Positions 27,914-37,403 of a stretch of 64,000 nucleotides of DNA are shown piece by piece (position 1 is the first letter of the stretch; each line of letters opens with the position of its first letter). The notes under the pieces are model-generated. The model was not told where the DNA came from. It did no database searches and saw only the letters and a program-made list of their open reading frames with translations. The translations under genes were made by a program, and so were the position numbers. Location of the stretch: the NCBI GenBank assembly GCA_963748035.1, contig CAVVHO010000003.1, positions 646,500 to 710,499 of the forward strand, written 5' to 3'. The DNA is from an uncultured Gemmatimonadales bacterium (GTDB lineage Bacteria; Gemmatimonadota; Gemmatimonadetes; Gemmatimonadales; GWC2-71-9).

Positions 27914-28782
27914 TGAGTGAGTCCAAACGGCTGGGCCGGGGCTTGGAAGCGCTCCTGGGGCCAATCTCCCGCCAGGATGCGGAGAGCAGCGGAGCGCTCC
28001 AGGAGTTGCCGATGGCGAGCATCCGGCCCAACCCGTATCAGCCCAGGTCGCGGCTGGATGAACCCCAATTCTCCGAACTAGTCACGTCGATCGAAACTTC
28101 CGGTCTGCTTCAGCCGATCGTCGTGCGGAAGCATCTCGATGGCTATCAGCTCATCGCGGGAGAACGCCGGTGGAGGGCCGCCCAGAAGCTGGAGTGGCAG
28201 AAGATCCCCGCCGTCATCAAAGAAGCGGACGATCGCACGCTTCTGACGCTTGCGTTGGTCGAGAACCTGCAGCGCGACAATCTCTCTCCGATCGAAGAGG
28301 CCACCAGCTACCAGCGATTGTTGGACGAGTTTCAGGTCTCGCAGGCCGATATCGCCAGATTGGTGGGACGGGATCGCTCTACCATCGCCAACGCCCTCCG
28401 GCTTCTCAAACTACCTCGCGAAGTCGCGGAGATGGTGGACGGCCGCCGTCTCTCGGAAGGTCATGCCCGCGCCCTGCTTGGCCTCACCGACCGGGCCCAG
28501 ATGACCAAGCTGGCCCAGGCTGCGGCGGAGCAGGGCTGGTCAGTGCGCGATCTCGAAGCCAAGGTCCGCGGTCGGCGGCCGGCGACGGCTCGCAAGGCAA
28601 CCAGCCGGCCTGCTCCGACCGGTCACCGACGGATCGAAGACGCCCTGCGCAAGCGGCTGGGAACCGACGTGAGAGTTACCGCTCGTCGTCGCGGCCGCGG
28701 CCTCATCAGCCTGAGCTATTACTCAGAAGATGATCTCGCCAGGGTCTTGGAGCTGCTCCTCGGCGAGCCGTTCGCTGGATGA
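27913..28782 (+). CDS. parB: Chromosome partitioning protein ParB/Spo0J
   Basis: LGRGLEALL, NPYQPR, GERRWRA (CTP-binding), ENLQR, HTH GRDRSTIANALRLL. Confidence 0.97.
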   Translation: MSESKRLGRGLEALLGPISRQDAESSGALQELPMASIRPNPYQPRSRLDEPQFSELVTSIETSGLLQPIVVRKHLDGYQLIAGERRWRAAQKLEWQKIPAVIKEADDRTLLTLALVENLQRDNLSPIEEATSYQRLLDEFQVSQADIARLVGRDRSTIANALRLLKLPREVAEMVDGRRLSEGHARALLGLTDRAQMTKLAQAAAEQGWSVRDLEAKVRGRRPATARKATSRPAPTGHRRIEDALRKRLGTDVRVTARRRGRGLISLSYYSEDDLARVLELLLGEPFAG

Positions 28783-29585
28783 GCACGCCGCGCGCCCACG
28801 TCACCATCGTCGTGCACATGGACGGCGCTTTGGCCACACGCACGATCCGACTTCCTCGCTGGGCATTTCGATCGGCTGTGGCTGGCGCGATCGGACTCAG
28901 TGCACTCATTCTTCTTGGACTCGCCCTCTACCTTCCAATCACCGCGGCTGCGGCGCGAGTGCCGGGCCTCGTTCGCGAGGTGGAACGGCTCGAAACCGAA
29001 AACCGGAAGGTCGGGGACTTGGTGGCGGCGCTGGATAGCGCCGAGCGCCGATACGATCGCATTCGCGCCATGCTGGGCGCCGACATCGTGCCCGATCCGG
29101 TTCAGTTGGCGGCCACGCTGCCGGTCGCGCCGGTGGTACGCGCACACCTTGCTGGCCGCGTCGGATTTCTGGAGCTTGGGCCATCCGAGCCGCGCCACTG
29201 GCCCTTGGAGGATCCCGGATATGTGACTCGGGGCCAGGCAACCGCCGGGCCCGGAGGGAATCCAGGTGCGGAGCCGCATCCAGGGATCGACATCGCGGTG
29301 CCAATTGGCAGTCCAGTCCGAGCCTCTGGCGGCGGCACGGTGCTGCAGTCGGGGGAGGAAGCCGAGTATGGTGTCTTCGTCCTGCTTCAGCACCCCAGCG
29401 GCTACCAGTCGATGTATGGTCACTTAAGCCGAGTGACGGTCGCCGCAGGTCAGGCCATAGACGCAGGGCAGGTGATCGGACTTTCCGGCAACTCCGGACG
29501 CTCCAGCGCCCCGCACCTTCATTTTGAAATTCGCCACGATGGAGAGCCCATCGATCCCCGCACGTTGGTCAAGGAGCAGAGCTGA
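28779..29585 (+). CDS. M23 family peptidase with TM anchor and coiled coil
   Basis: HPGIDI (HxxxD), YGHL, STAP-like SSAPHLHFE (HxH); ATGA overlap with parB. Confidence 0.92.
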   Translation: MSTPRAHVTIVVHMDGALATRTIRLPRWAFRSAVAGAIGLSALILLGLALYLPITAAAARVPGLVREVERLETENRKVGDLVAALDSAERRYDRIRAMLGADIVPDPVQLAATLPVAPVVRAHLAGRVGFLELGPSEPRHWPLEDPGYVTRGQATAGPGGNPGAEPHPGIDIAVPIGSPVRASGGGTVLQSGEEAEYGVFVLLQHPSGYQSMYGHLSRVTVAAGQAIDAGQVIGLSGNSGRSSAPHLHFEIRHDGEPIDPRTLVKEQS

Positions 29586-30019
29586 TGGCGATCTTCTCGC
29601 GTACCTCGCAGCCCGGCCGGTTGGACACGTCAGCGCGCCGCGGCGAGCCGGCCGGTCTCACCATCATCGCCATCGGCACCACCGTCATAGGCGATGTCGC
29701 CAGTGAGGGCATTGTGAAAGTGGAGGGCACGGTCGAAGGCACCGTGCGCGCGGGCACACAGCTCCTGGTTGCGCCCGGGGCTGTGATTCGTGGTGATGTC
29801 CACGGATCCGAAATTGTCGCCGGCGGGGAGATTCGGGGTAGCGTGAATGCCGGCGAGCGAGTTGAGATTCAGGCGGGCGCAGTTGTAGATGGCGACATCC
29901 GGACCCAGCGACTGCACATTGCGGATGGCGGCAGGGTGAATGGCCACATCACCATGGAGGCTGGGCTGGGCGAGAGGGGTGAGCGAGTTCTTGCCACGGA
30001 GCGGAGCGAAACTGCCTGA
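29585..30019 (+). CDS. Bactofilin (polymer-forming cytoskeletal protein)
   Basis: TIIAIGTTVIGD...VEGTVEG...GVVRG-like beta-helix repeats...VDGDI...IADGGRVNG. Confidence 0.92.
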   Translation: MAIFSRTSQPGRLDTSARRGEPAGLTIIAIGTTVIGDVASEGIVKVEGTVEGTVRAGTQLLVAPGAVIRGDVHGSEIVAGGEIRGSVNAGERVEIQAGAVVDGDIRTQRLHIADGGRVNGHITMEAGLGERGERVLATERSETA

Positions 30020-30140
30020 GGAGATGGAATGGGGGCACGGTCTTCCCACAATCGTTGATAAGTACCCCGAACTTGTGGAAACCGATGGGGTTCACTCCGT
30101 TACACACGGCATACTGTCGTTTCAATGTCACATAAATAGC

Positions 30141-31127
30141 ATGATACTGCCTCGATTTCTCGCCGTCGTTGGAATTGTGGTCACGCTTGGTAGTTGTGGG
30201 AAATACTCTCCTGGGGGGCAGGCGCTCCGGGTGGGATTGGTAACCCCCGGTTCGATCGCTGATGCAGCCTGGAATTCCGGCGCCTATCAAGGCTTGATTC
30301 GGGTACGCGATTCCCTCGGGGCCTCGGTCAGTCAAGTTGAGGCAAGAACTCCGGGGGAGCAGGAAGAAGCGCTCCGCACCTACGCCACCCAAGGCTACGA
30401 CCTCGTGTTCGGACACGGCTTCGAATTCCAAGGGGCCGCTGAGCGCGTCTCCGCGCAGTATCCCCGCACCGTGTTCATCGTGACCTCTGGAGAGCGGGTC
30501 GCGGGAAACGTGTCCCCGCTCATCTTCCGGTTGTCAGAGGCCAGTTACCTCGCCGGCATGGTTGCAGGCGGGATGACGAAGTCCAATACTATCGCCTTCG
30601 TAGGGGGCATCGAGCTCCCGCCGATCAAACTGGCAGAAGACGCATGGGTTGCAGGGGCCAAGGCCGTCAACCCGAAGGTGGTGGCACGGTCGACGTACCT
30701 GAACACGTTCGATGATGTCGCGGCCGGGCGCGAGGCCGCGATCGCCCTGCTGCGGACGGGCGCGGACATGTTTCATCACAACGCGGATCAGGCTGCGCTC
30801 GGAGTGTTTCAGGCGGTGAAGGAATCTCCGAACGCGTACATCTTCGGCGCGAACCTCGATCAGAAAGACCTGGCTCCCGAGCGGGTTCTTGGTTCGGCCG
30901 TAATCGACCTTCCTCGAGCCTTCCTCGCGGTGGCCAAGGAGGTGAAGGGCGGCGGGTTCCAGCCGAAAGTGGAAACGTTTGGGCTGAAAGGCGATGTGAT
31001 CCGGTACGAGCCGAACCCGGCCCTCGAGACCAACATCCCCGCTGCACTCCGCGCACGGGTGTCGGCCTCCCGCGACTCGATAATTGCCCAGGACGACCGA
31101 TCCCCCTCTCCGGCGCGATCTCCGTGA
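30141..31127 (+). CDS. BMP family lipoprotein (nucleoside ABC substrate-binding, PnrA-like)
   Basis: Lipobox LGSC; DAAWNSGAYQG, GHGFEF, SYLAGMVAG, FVGG. Confidence 0.9.
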   Translation: MILPRFLAVVGIVVTLGSCGKYSPGGQALRVGLVTPGSIADAAWNSGAYQGLIRVRDSLGASVSQVEARTPGEQEEALRTYATQGYDLVFGHGFEFQGAAERVSAQYPRTVFIVTSGERVAGNVSPLIFRLSEASYLAGMVAGGMTKSNTIAFVGGIELPPIKLAEDAWVAGAKAVNPKVVARSTYLNTFDDVAAGREAAIALLRTGADMFHHNADQAALGVFQAVKESPNAYIFGANLDQKDLAPERVLGSAVIDLPRAFLAVAKEVKGGGFQPKVETFGLKGDVIRYEPNPALETNIPAALRARVSASRDSIIAQDDRSPSPARSP

Positions 31128-31918
31128 GTTCCCCGTCGGTCCCGCTGGCGGAGTTGCACACCTACCTGGATAGCTACCTCAAGGTCCGTGAGGTCCCCGA
31201 TGATGCCAATGCTCTGAACGGCCTGCAGGTTGAGAATCGCGGAGTGGTGGCTCGCGTGGTGGGTGCGGTCGACGCTTCCCAGGTTACGATAGACGGGCTC
31301 GGCAAGGCGAGCGCATCAGGTCCCACATTACTTCTGGTTCATCACGGGCTTTTCTGGGACGGGTCGCAACCGCTGACCGGCCGACGGTACCGGCGAATCC
31401 GCGGGCTGCTCGATCAGGACGCCGCGCTTTACTCCGCCCACATTCCACTCGATGTACATCCCGAAATCGGCAACAACGCCTTACTCGCCAGGCAGCTTGG
31501 CCTGATCGACACGGAACCTTTTGGCAACCATAAGGGTGTGCTCATCGGAGCCGTCGGTCGGGCGCCACCTAGTTGCAGGACGAGGGAGAACCTAAGGTCC
31601 GCGATCGCCGCGACACTCTCGGTCGACGAGAGCGGAATTCGCCTTATCCCCGGTGGGCCCGAACAAGTCAGCCGGATCGGCGTAATCACGGGAGGTGCGG
31701 GCAGCGCGATCGGGCAGGCCCGAGACGCTGGCTGCGACGCGTTCATCACAGGAGAAGGAGCAGCGCACACATACTTCGACGCAATGGAGCTGGGGATGAA
31801 CGTCTTCTACGCGGGCCACTACGCGACAGAGACGGTTGGTGTCCGTGCCCTGGCCGAACACCTCGGGACTCGCTTCAACCTTCCGTGGGAGTTTCACGAC
31901 CACCCAACAGGCATGTGA
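31124..31918 (+). CDS. Nif3-like dinuclear metal-centre protein (YbgI/DUF34)
   Basis: NGLQVE, VHHGLFW, YSAHIPLDVHPEIGNN, FITGE, AGHYATE. Confidence 0.93.
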   Translation: MSSPSVPLAELHTYLDSYLKVREVPDDANALNGLQVENRGVVARVVGAVDASQVTIDGLGKASASGPTLLLVHHGLFWDGSQPLTGRRYRRIRGLLDQDAALYSAHIPLDVHPEIGNNALLARQLGLIDTEPFGNHKGVLIGAVGRAPPSCRTRENLRSAIAATLSVDESGIRLIPGGPEQVSRIGVITGGAGSAIGQARDAGCDAFITGEGAAHTYFDAMELGMNVFYAGHYATETVGVRALAEHLGTRFNLPWEFHDHPTGM

Positions 31919-33369
31919 CCCCGCTTCTCGAGCTGCGCGGAATCTCGAAGCGCTTCGGGGCGGTGGAGGCACTTCGAGAGGTGGACTTTACCCTCGAGCC
32001 GGGCGAGATCCACGCGCTGCTTGGAGAGAACGGCGCCGGTAAGAGCACGCTCATGAAGGCAGTCTTCGGCCTGGTCCGTCCCGATGCGGGGACGATCGCG
32101 GTCGCGGGCACACCAGTGCATCTGCGTGATCCAGTGGACGCCCGCGGTCTCGGCATCGGGATGGTGCACCAACACTTCACATCGATACCCGCCCTCTCGG
32201 TGCTGGAGAACGTCGTGCTGAGCGCCGGTTGGGGCCTCAAACGGGCCCTGGCTCGAGAACGGCTTCGCGTCCTGTCGGCGGAAACAGGACTGAGGCTCGA
32301 CCCGGACGCGAGGGTGGAACGGCTATCCGCCGGGCTCAAGCAGCGCCTCGAAGTGCTCAAGGCCCTCGCTGCCAACGCCCGGATCTTGCTGCTTGATGAG
32401 CCCTCCTCGGTCCTCTCTCCTTCCGAGACCGGGGCCTTTCTCACGCTGGTCCAGGGACTCCGCGAGCGTGGCGTCTCGTCCGTTCTGATCACCCACAAAC
32501 TGGCCGAGGCGCTCGCCGTGGCGACCCGCGTAACGGTTCTGCGACGCGGCGCAGTGGTGCACAGCGGCACAATTGCGGGGCTAACGCCCGTCCTGCTCGC
32601 CGGGTTCATGCTCGGCGAAGCAGGTCCGCCGCCAGAGCCCAGAGGTGCGTCGGTGGCTGGTGAAGTTCGCGCTCGAATGGATGCTGTGTCGGTCCGAGGG
32701 ATGGGAACGAGTGGCTCTGGGCTACAGCAGGCCACTTTCACCGCCGGAGCCGGCGAGATTGTCGGGATCGCTGCGGTAGAGGGCAACGGGCAGCGCGAGC
32801 TTCTCCGGGCACTTGCCGGACTCGCGAAACCCCAAAGCGGACAACTCGAGGTTACCCGACCGGTCTCATTCATTCCGGAGGACCGGAGCTCTGAGGGGCT
32901 TCTCGGTGAGCTTTCCCTGGCTGAGAACCTGGTTCTGAGCCAGGGGCGATCGGCACCTTGGGTGACCGGCCCGTGGGTGAACTGGTCGGTCGCTCGTGCA
33001 CGGAGCCAGGAGTTGATCAAGGCGTATGGTGTGCGCGGCGCAGACCCAGGGTCAGCAGCCAGTGCGTTGAGTGGCGGCAATCAGCAGCGGCTCGTCATCG
33101 CCGCCGCCCTTGAACGCCGACCCAAGGTTATCGTGGCCGAGAACCCCACTCGTGGACTCGATTTGCGTGCGACTGCGGAGGTGCACGAGCGCCTCAGGAA
33201 CGCAGCGAGGCAGGGCGTAGCGGTGATCGTTCACCTAGCCGATCTGGATGAGCTGCTCGAGCTGGCGGATCGAATCGCGGTTATCACAAACGGAATACTG
33301 GTCGAGCTCTCGCCGGGCGCCGACAGAGATCTGATCGGTCGGCGTCTGCTGGGTGGGAGCGCCGCGTGA
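31915..33369 (+). CDS. CUT2-type ABC ATP-binding protein (two NBDs)
   Basis: GENGAGKSTL, GMVHQHF, LDEPSS; degenerate second Walker A VEGNGQ; LSGGNQQR. Confidence 0.92.
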   Translation: MTPLLELRGISKRFGAVEALREVDFTLEPGEIHALLGENGAGKSTLMKAVFGLVRPDAGTIAVAGTPVHLRDPVDARGLGIGMVHQHFTSIPALSVLENVVLSAGWGLKRALARERLRVLSAETGLRLDPDARVERLSAGLKQRLEVLKALAANARILLLDEPSSVLSPSETGAFLTLVQGLRERGVSSVLITHKLAEALAVATRVTVLRRGAVVHSGTIAGLTPVLLAGFMLGEAGPPPEPRGASVAGEVRARMDAVSVRGMGTSGSGLQQATFTAGAGEIVGIAAVEGNGQRELLRALAGLAKPQSGQLEVTRPVSFIPEDRSSEGLLGELSLAENLVLSQGRSAPWVTGPWVNWSVARARSQELIKAYGVRGADPGSAASALSGGNQQRLVIAAALERRPKVIVAENPTRGLDLRATAEVHERLRNAARQGVAVIVHLADLDELLELADRIAVITNGILVELSPGADRDLIGRRLLGGSAA

Positions 33370-34421
33370 CAACCAGGCGCTGGGCCGGGTTGGGATCCGC
33401 CGTCCTGGCGGTCACCGCCGGGCTTGTAACGCTTGGTCTGGGACTTACGGTTGCTGGCTATGACGGTCTGGCTGCGCTTGGCGCCATGTATCGCGGCGCA
33501 TTCGGCACGCCTGACGCAGTGCTCTCGGCCTTGCTCCCCCGGGCCGTTCCGCTGATTCTGATCGGCCTCGGCATCGGTCTGGGATTCCGGGCGGGGGCGC
33601 TGAACATTGGAGCGGAGGGACAGTTCTACGCGGGCGCGGTTGCTGCCACATGGGTGGGGTTGGGGCTCGGAGGTTGGCCACGCGGCATTGCCATCCCCAT
33701 CGTCTTGTTAGCCGGGCTTGCGGCGGGATCGCTGTGGGCGCTTGGACCGACGATTCTCCGGCTTCGCTTCGGCGTGCTCGAAGTCATCAGCACGTTGTTG
33801 CTCAACTTCGTCGCCGAGGCAGGCGTCAGCTGGATGGTGCAGGGCCCACTGCAGGAGTCCAAGCACATCTACCCGCAAAGTGATCCGCTCCCGCTGGCTG
33901 CCCGCCTCCCTGGGATCCCGGGGACCCGGCTTCATCTGGGCCTGGTTCTGGCTATTTCCTTGGCTGTAGCCATGTGGGCCTTCGGGAGCCGAACCCTGGC
34001 GGGCTTGCAGCTCAAAGCGACCGGTCTCAATCCGGTGGCGGCGGAAGTCATGGGAGGCATCAACACCCGACGCATGTTCGCGGTCGCACTCCTAACATCC
34101 GGGGCGCTGGCTGGACTTGCCGGCGGCATCGAGGTCTCGGGCACGACGTTCGCGCTATTTCAGAACCTCTCGCCAGGCTACGGCTTTACCGGAATCGCGG
34201 TTGCCCTGCTTGCAAGACTCGACCCGATCGCGACGATCGCGACGGGTTTGCTGTTTGCCGCCCTGGAGGCTGGAGCCAGCGCGATGCAGCGGGAAGCCGG
34301 AGTGCCGGCGGTTGCGGTCTATGTTGTGGAGGCTACCATCACAATCGCGGTGTTGTTGGCGGAGGTCTCCCGCCGACGGAGCGCTCAGCTCTCCACGGGA
34401 AGCTCGAGCAATGAACGTTGA
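33366..34421 (+). CDS. Nucleoside-type ABC permease 1
   Basis: FRAGALNIGAEGQF, EVISTLLLNF, GYGFTGIAVALLA. Confidence 0.9.
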   Translation: MTTRRWAGLGSAVLAVTAGLVTLGLGLTVAGYDGLAALGAMYRGAFGTPDAVLSALLPRAVPLILIGLGIGLGFRAGALNIGAEGQFYAGAVAATWVGLGLGGWPRGIAIPIVLLAGLAAGSLWALGPTILRLRFGVLEVISTLLLNFVAEAGVSWMVQGPLQESKHIYPQSDPLPLAARLPGIPGTRLHLGLVLAISLAVAMWAFGSRTLAGLQLKATGLNPVAAEVMGGINTRRMFAVALLTSGALAGLAGGIEVSGTTFALFQNLSPGYGFTGIAVALLARLDPIATIATGLLFAALEAGASAMQREAGVPAVAVYVVEATITIAVLLAEVSRRRSAQLSTGSSSNER

Positions 34422-35319
34422 TCTCCTCACGTCATTTCTGTCCGCCGCGGTGCGGGTTGCTACTCCCCTACTGTTAGCAGCTTTGGGGGAGATGCTGGCC
34501 GAACGGGGTGGAGTGATCAACCTGAGCATCGAAGGCGCGATGCTCGCGGGGGCCCTCGGGGCGGCGCTCGGGGCAACGGCCGCAGGGCCGTGGGCAGGAG
34601 CAGCCCTCGCGATCGGTGCGGGCCTCTTAGTCGCAGCGATCTTCGCGGCTATCGCGGTGGGTGCGCGAGCCGACCAGATCATCAGCGGCACGGCGCTCAC
34701 TCTCGGATCCGTGGGGATGACGGGAGCGATTTACCGGAGCGCCTACGGCCCACAGGGTGTCGGCCTCAGCCTTCCCACCTTTCCTGCGCTGCCGATCCCC
34801 GGGCTCTCCAAGATACCGGTCCTGGGCCGCGCGCTTTTCCAGCAGAGCGCCCTGACCTACGTGGGTTATCTGGCGGTACCGGTCCTTTGGTGGCTTCTAT
34901 TCCGGACGTCGTGGGGACTCAAACTCCGAGCCGCCGGTGAGTCAGCCGAGAACGCTCGCGCCGCGGGGGTTCGAGTTTCCCGAGTCAGGACTGTCGGCGT
35001 ACTGGTGGGTGGGGCATTCGCCGGGCTCGCGGGTGCAAGCCTGGTGCTGGGACAGGTGGGCACATTCGCAGAGAAAATGACCGCGGGCCGCGGCTTCATC
35101 GCGATCGCGATCGTGGCGCTGGGTTCGTGGCATCCGGGGAGAGTGCTGATCGCGGCGCTGTTCTTCGGTGCGGCGATGGCGCTGCAATTCCAGTTTCAGT
35201 CGTCGACGCTCGATGTACCCTACCAGCTGTTTCTGATGCTTCCCTATCTCCTGACTCTCGTGGTTCTGGCGGGCATTGTCGGACGTACCCGCTCCCCCGC
35301 CGACCTCGGTCGCGCGTAA
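34411..35319 (+). CDS. Nucleoside-type ABC permease 2
   Basis: ERGGVINLSIEGAML, GLKLRAAGE, GRGFIAIAIV, LPYLLT; ATG 34411. Confidence 0.9.
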   Translation: MNVDLLTSFLSAAVRVATPLLLAALGEMLAERGGVINLSIEGAMLAGALGAALGATAAGPWAGAALAIGAGLLVAAIFAAIAVGARADQIISGTALTLGSVGMTGAIYRSAYGPQGVGLSLPTFPALPIPGLSKIPVLGRALFQQSALTYVGYLAVPVLWWLLFRTSWGLKLRAAGESAENARAAGVRVSRVRTVGVLVGGAFAGLAGASLVLGQVGTFAEKMTAGRGFIAIAIVALGSWHPGRVLIAALFFGAAMALQFQFQSSTLDVPYQLFLMLPYLLTLVVLAGIVGRTRSPADLGRA

Positions 35320-35348
35320 GCACCTGTTCCTGGAAGCCGACCGCCCAC

Positions 35349-36095
35349 TCAGGACTTGTTCCGGAGTTCCTGACGGGCGCGCTCGATCACCTCTCGGACG
35401 CGCTGCTTGAGGGTGCCAACATCCGCTGTGGTCAGGCCCGTCGTCTCGACCGGGGGCAGCACTCGCACCTCCGCGTTGGAGCGACCAAAACGCCAGCCAT
35501 GCTTCGGCAAGGCAGTGCCGGTGCCGCTCACGACCAGCGGAAGAATGGGTACACCCGCGTCAATCGCGAGGCGAAACGCTCCGTCCTTGAATGGCAGCAT
35601 CTCGCCGGTCGGAGAGCGAGTGCCTTCCGGGAAGATGATGACGGAGACACGCTGGGCCAGAATCTCTGCGCAGCGCCGCATCGCCTTGACTGCACTGCGG
35701 GCGGTGCCCCGCTCCACGGGAACATCACCGGCGAGCCACATGTCCCAGCCCAGAACAGGAATGCGGAGAATCTCGACCTTGGAGAGCCACTTCATCTCCC
35801 AGGGGAGGTGGCTGATGAGGAGGATGTCCACGAAGGACTCGTGGTTCGACACGACTACGAAGGGCCGCCGCGGATCGGGGGGGAACGTTCCGGAGACCCG
35901 AAAGCGCCACAACGGATTGAGCGTAGCGGTGACCACCGCCAACTTGCGGAACCAGAGGCCGGCCCAGTACCGCCCCGGATCGACTGGTGCCATGACGATC
36001 CGCAGGAGTGCCAGCATCGGCAACCAAAGCACCAGGCAAACAATGAGGACGGCCCAGGTCCAGACCGAAACGATGGTGATAAAGAGTCGCTGCAT
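35349..36095 (-). CDS. 1-acyl-sn-glycerol-3-phosphate acyltransferase family (PlsC-like)
   Basis: NHESFVD (HX4D), FPEGTRS, FKDGAF. Confidence 0.9.
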   Translation of the reverse strand: MQRLFITIVSVWTWAVLIVCLVLWLPMLALLRIVMAPVDPGRYWAGLWFRKLAVVTATLNPLWRFRVSGTFPPDPRRPFVVVSNHESFVDILLISHLPWEMKWLSKVEILRIPVLGWDMWLAGDVPVERGTARSAVKAMRRCAEILAQRVSVIIFPEGTRSPTGEMLPFKDGAFRLAIDAGVPILPLVVSGTGTALPKHGWRFGRSNAEVRVLPPVETTGLTTADVGTLKQRVREVIERARQELRNKS

Positions 36096-36463
36096 CAAGC
36101 GGATTCGGGAGTCTGATCGTCCCAGATGGCGAAGACATTGCCGTCCGGGTCCGCGATCATGGCCATAACCCCGAATGACTGGCGGGTCGGTTCGGCGATG
36201 AAACGTACTCCGCGCTCGTGAAGGCGCTCGCAGTACTCGAGGATTCCGTCGACGTAGAATGTGACGCCGGTATGGCGACCGACCAAGGCCATGGCGTCGG
36301 CGTGAACGGCGGGATGCACGCCGAGGTGGGTGGCTCCCTCGAGGAACTCCGCCCCGAAGGAACCCTCACGGACCACGGGCAATTCGAGGTCGTCGCGGTA
36401 GAATCGCTTAGCCTGCTCGATGTCAGTAACAAAGATGGCGACGGAGTGAAGAGATGGGGGCAT
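36095..36463 (-). CDS. VOC/glyoxalase family protein
   Basis: FVTDIEQAKRFYRD...L, FYVD, DPDGN. Confidence 0.88.
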   Translation of the reverse strand: MPPSLHSVAIFVTDIEQAKRFYRDDLELPVVREGSFGAEFLEGATHLGVHPAVHADAMALVGRHTGVTFYVDGILEYCERLHERGVRFIAEPTRQSFGVMAMIADPDGNVFAIWDDQTPESA

Positions 36464-36485
36464 GCCAAATTCTAGCGCGCTCGAC

Positions 36486-37403
36486 TTAGCCTCGCGACTC
36501 CCGAGCGGCCTTCCAGTTGCGGCGCATACGCTCGAGCCCTGGTCGGGCAAGGGCGGTATCCCCGAACCGTCGTTGAAACTCCGCTTCGGTCATCGCCTCG
36601 AAAAACTCCGGGTCATCGTCCGGGTATTCGCGTGGCTGGAACTCGGGAATCATTGAGGGCTGGGCAAAGCGTTCATTCCATGGGCACACTTCGTTGCAGA
36701 TGTCGCACCCGAACGCCCATTCGGAGAATCGCTCCGCGAGCGCCGGCGCGATGGACCCCTTCTGCTCGATCGTGACGTACGAGATACAGCGGGTCGCGTC
36801 CAACACCCTGGGCTCGATGAATGCCCCTGTTGGACACGCCTCCAGGCAACGTGTGCAGCTGCCGCAATGGTCCGTCTCGAACGGCCCATCGATTTCCAGG
36901 CAAAGGTCGGTCAGCACCTCTCCGATGAAAAACCACGACCCGAGACCGGGTCGAAGCAGCATTGTGTTCTTTCCGATCCAGCCCAATCCCGCTCGCTGAG
37001 CGAGCTCTCGTTCGGCGACTGGCCCAGTGTCCACATATGGCCGCGCAACCGTGGCCCCATTCTCCCGCAGAAATACAGCCAGCTCTTCCAGGCGCCGGAG
37101 AGTCACGCGATGGTAATCCTCGCCTCTCGCATAGCGCGCGATCTTGGGCTTCAGAGTACCTGTCGACTCATAGTAGTAGTTATCAAGAATAACAACTGCG
37201 CGCTTCGCGGATTGGTCGGCTAGCTGCGGGTTCTTTCGTTTCTTCGCCTGGCGATGGAGGTATCGCATGTTCCCGGCGTGTCCAACGCGAAGCCAACGAT
37301 CCAGCAGATCAGCATGCGGCAGTGGGTCGAGCGTCGTAATGCCGCAGGCCACGAAGCCGAGGCTGAGCGCCTTGGCCTTGACCCGGGCAGTTGTCGGGTT
37401 CAT
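36486..37403 (-). CDS. queG: Epoxyqueuosine reductase QueG
   Basis: ARYARGEDYH, VDTGPVAERELAQRAGLGWIGKN, CGSCTRCLEACP, RCISY, GCDICNEVCPWN; start ATG 37403 coupled to the ndh stop. Confidence 0.95.
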   Translation of the reverse strand: MNPTTARVKAKALSLGFVACGITTLDPLPHADLLDRWLRVGHAGNMRYLHRQAKKRKNPQLADQSAKRAVVILDNYYYESTGTLKPKIARYARGEDYHRVTLRRLEELAVFLRENGATVARPYVDTGPVAERELAQRAGLGWIGKNTMLLRPGLGSWFFIGEVLTDLCLEIDGPFETDHCGSCTRCLEACPTGAFIEPRVLDATRCISYVTIEQKGSIAPALAERFSEWAFGCDICNEVCPWNERFAQPSMIPEFQPREYPDDDPEFFEAMTEAEFQRRFGDTALARPGLERMRRNWKAARESRG

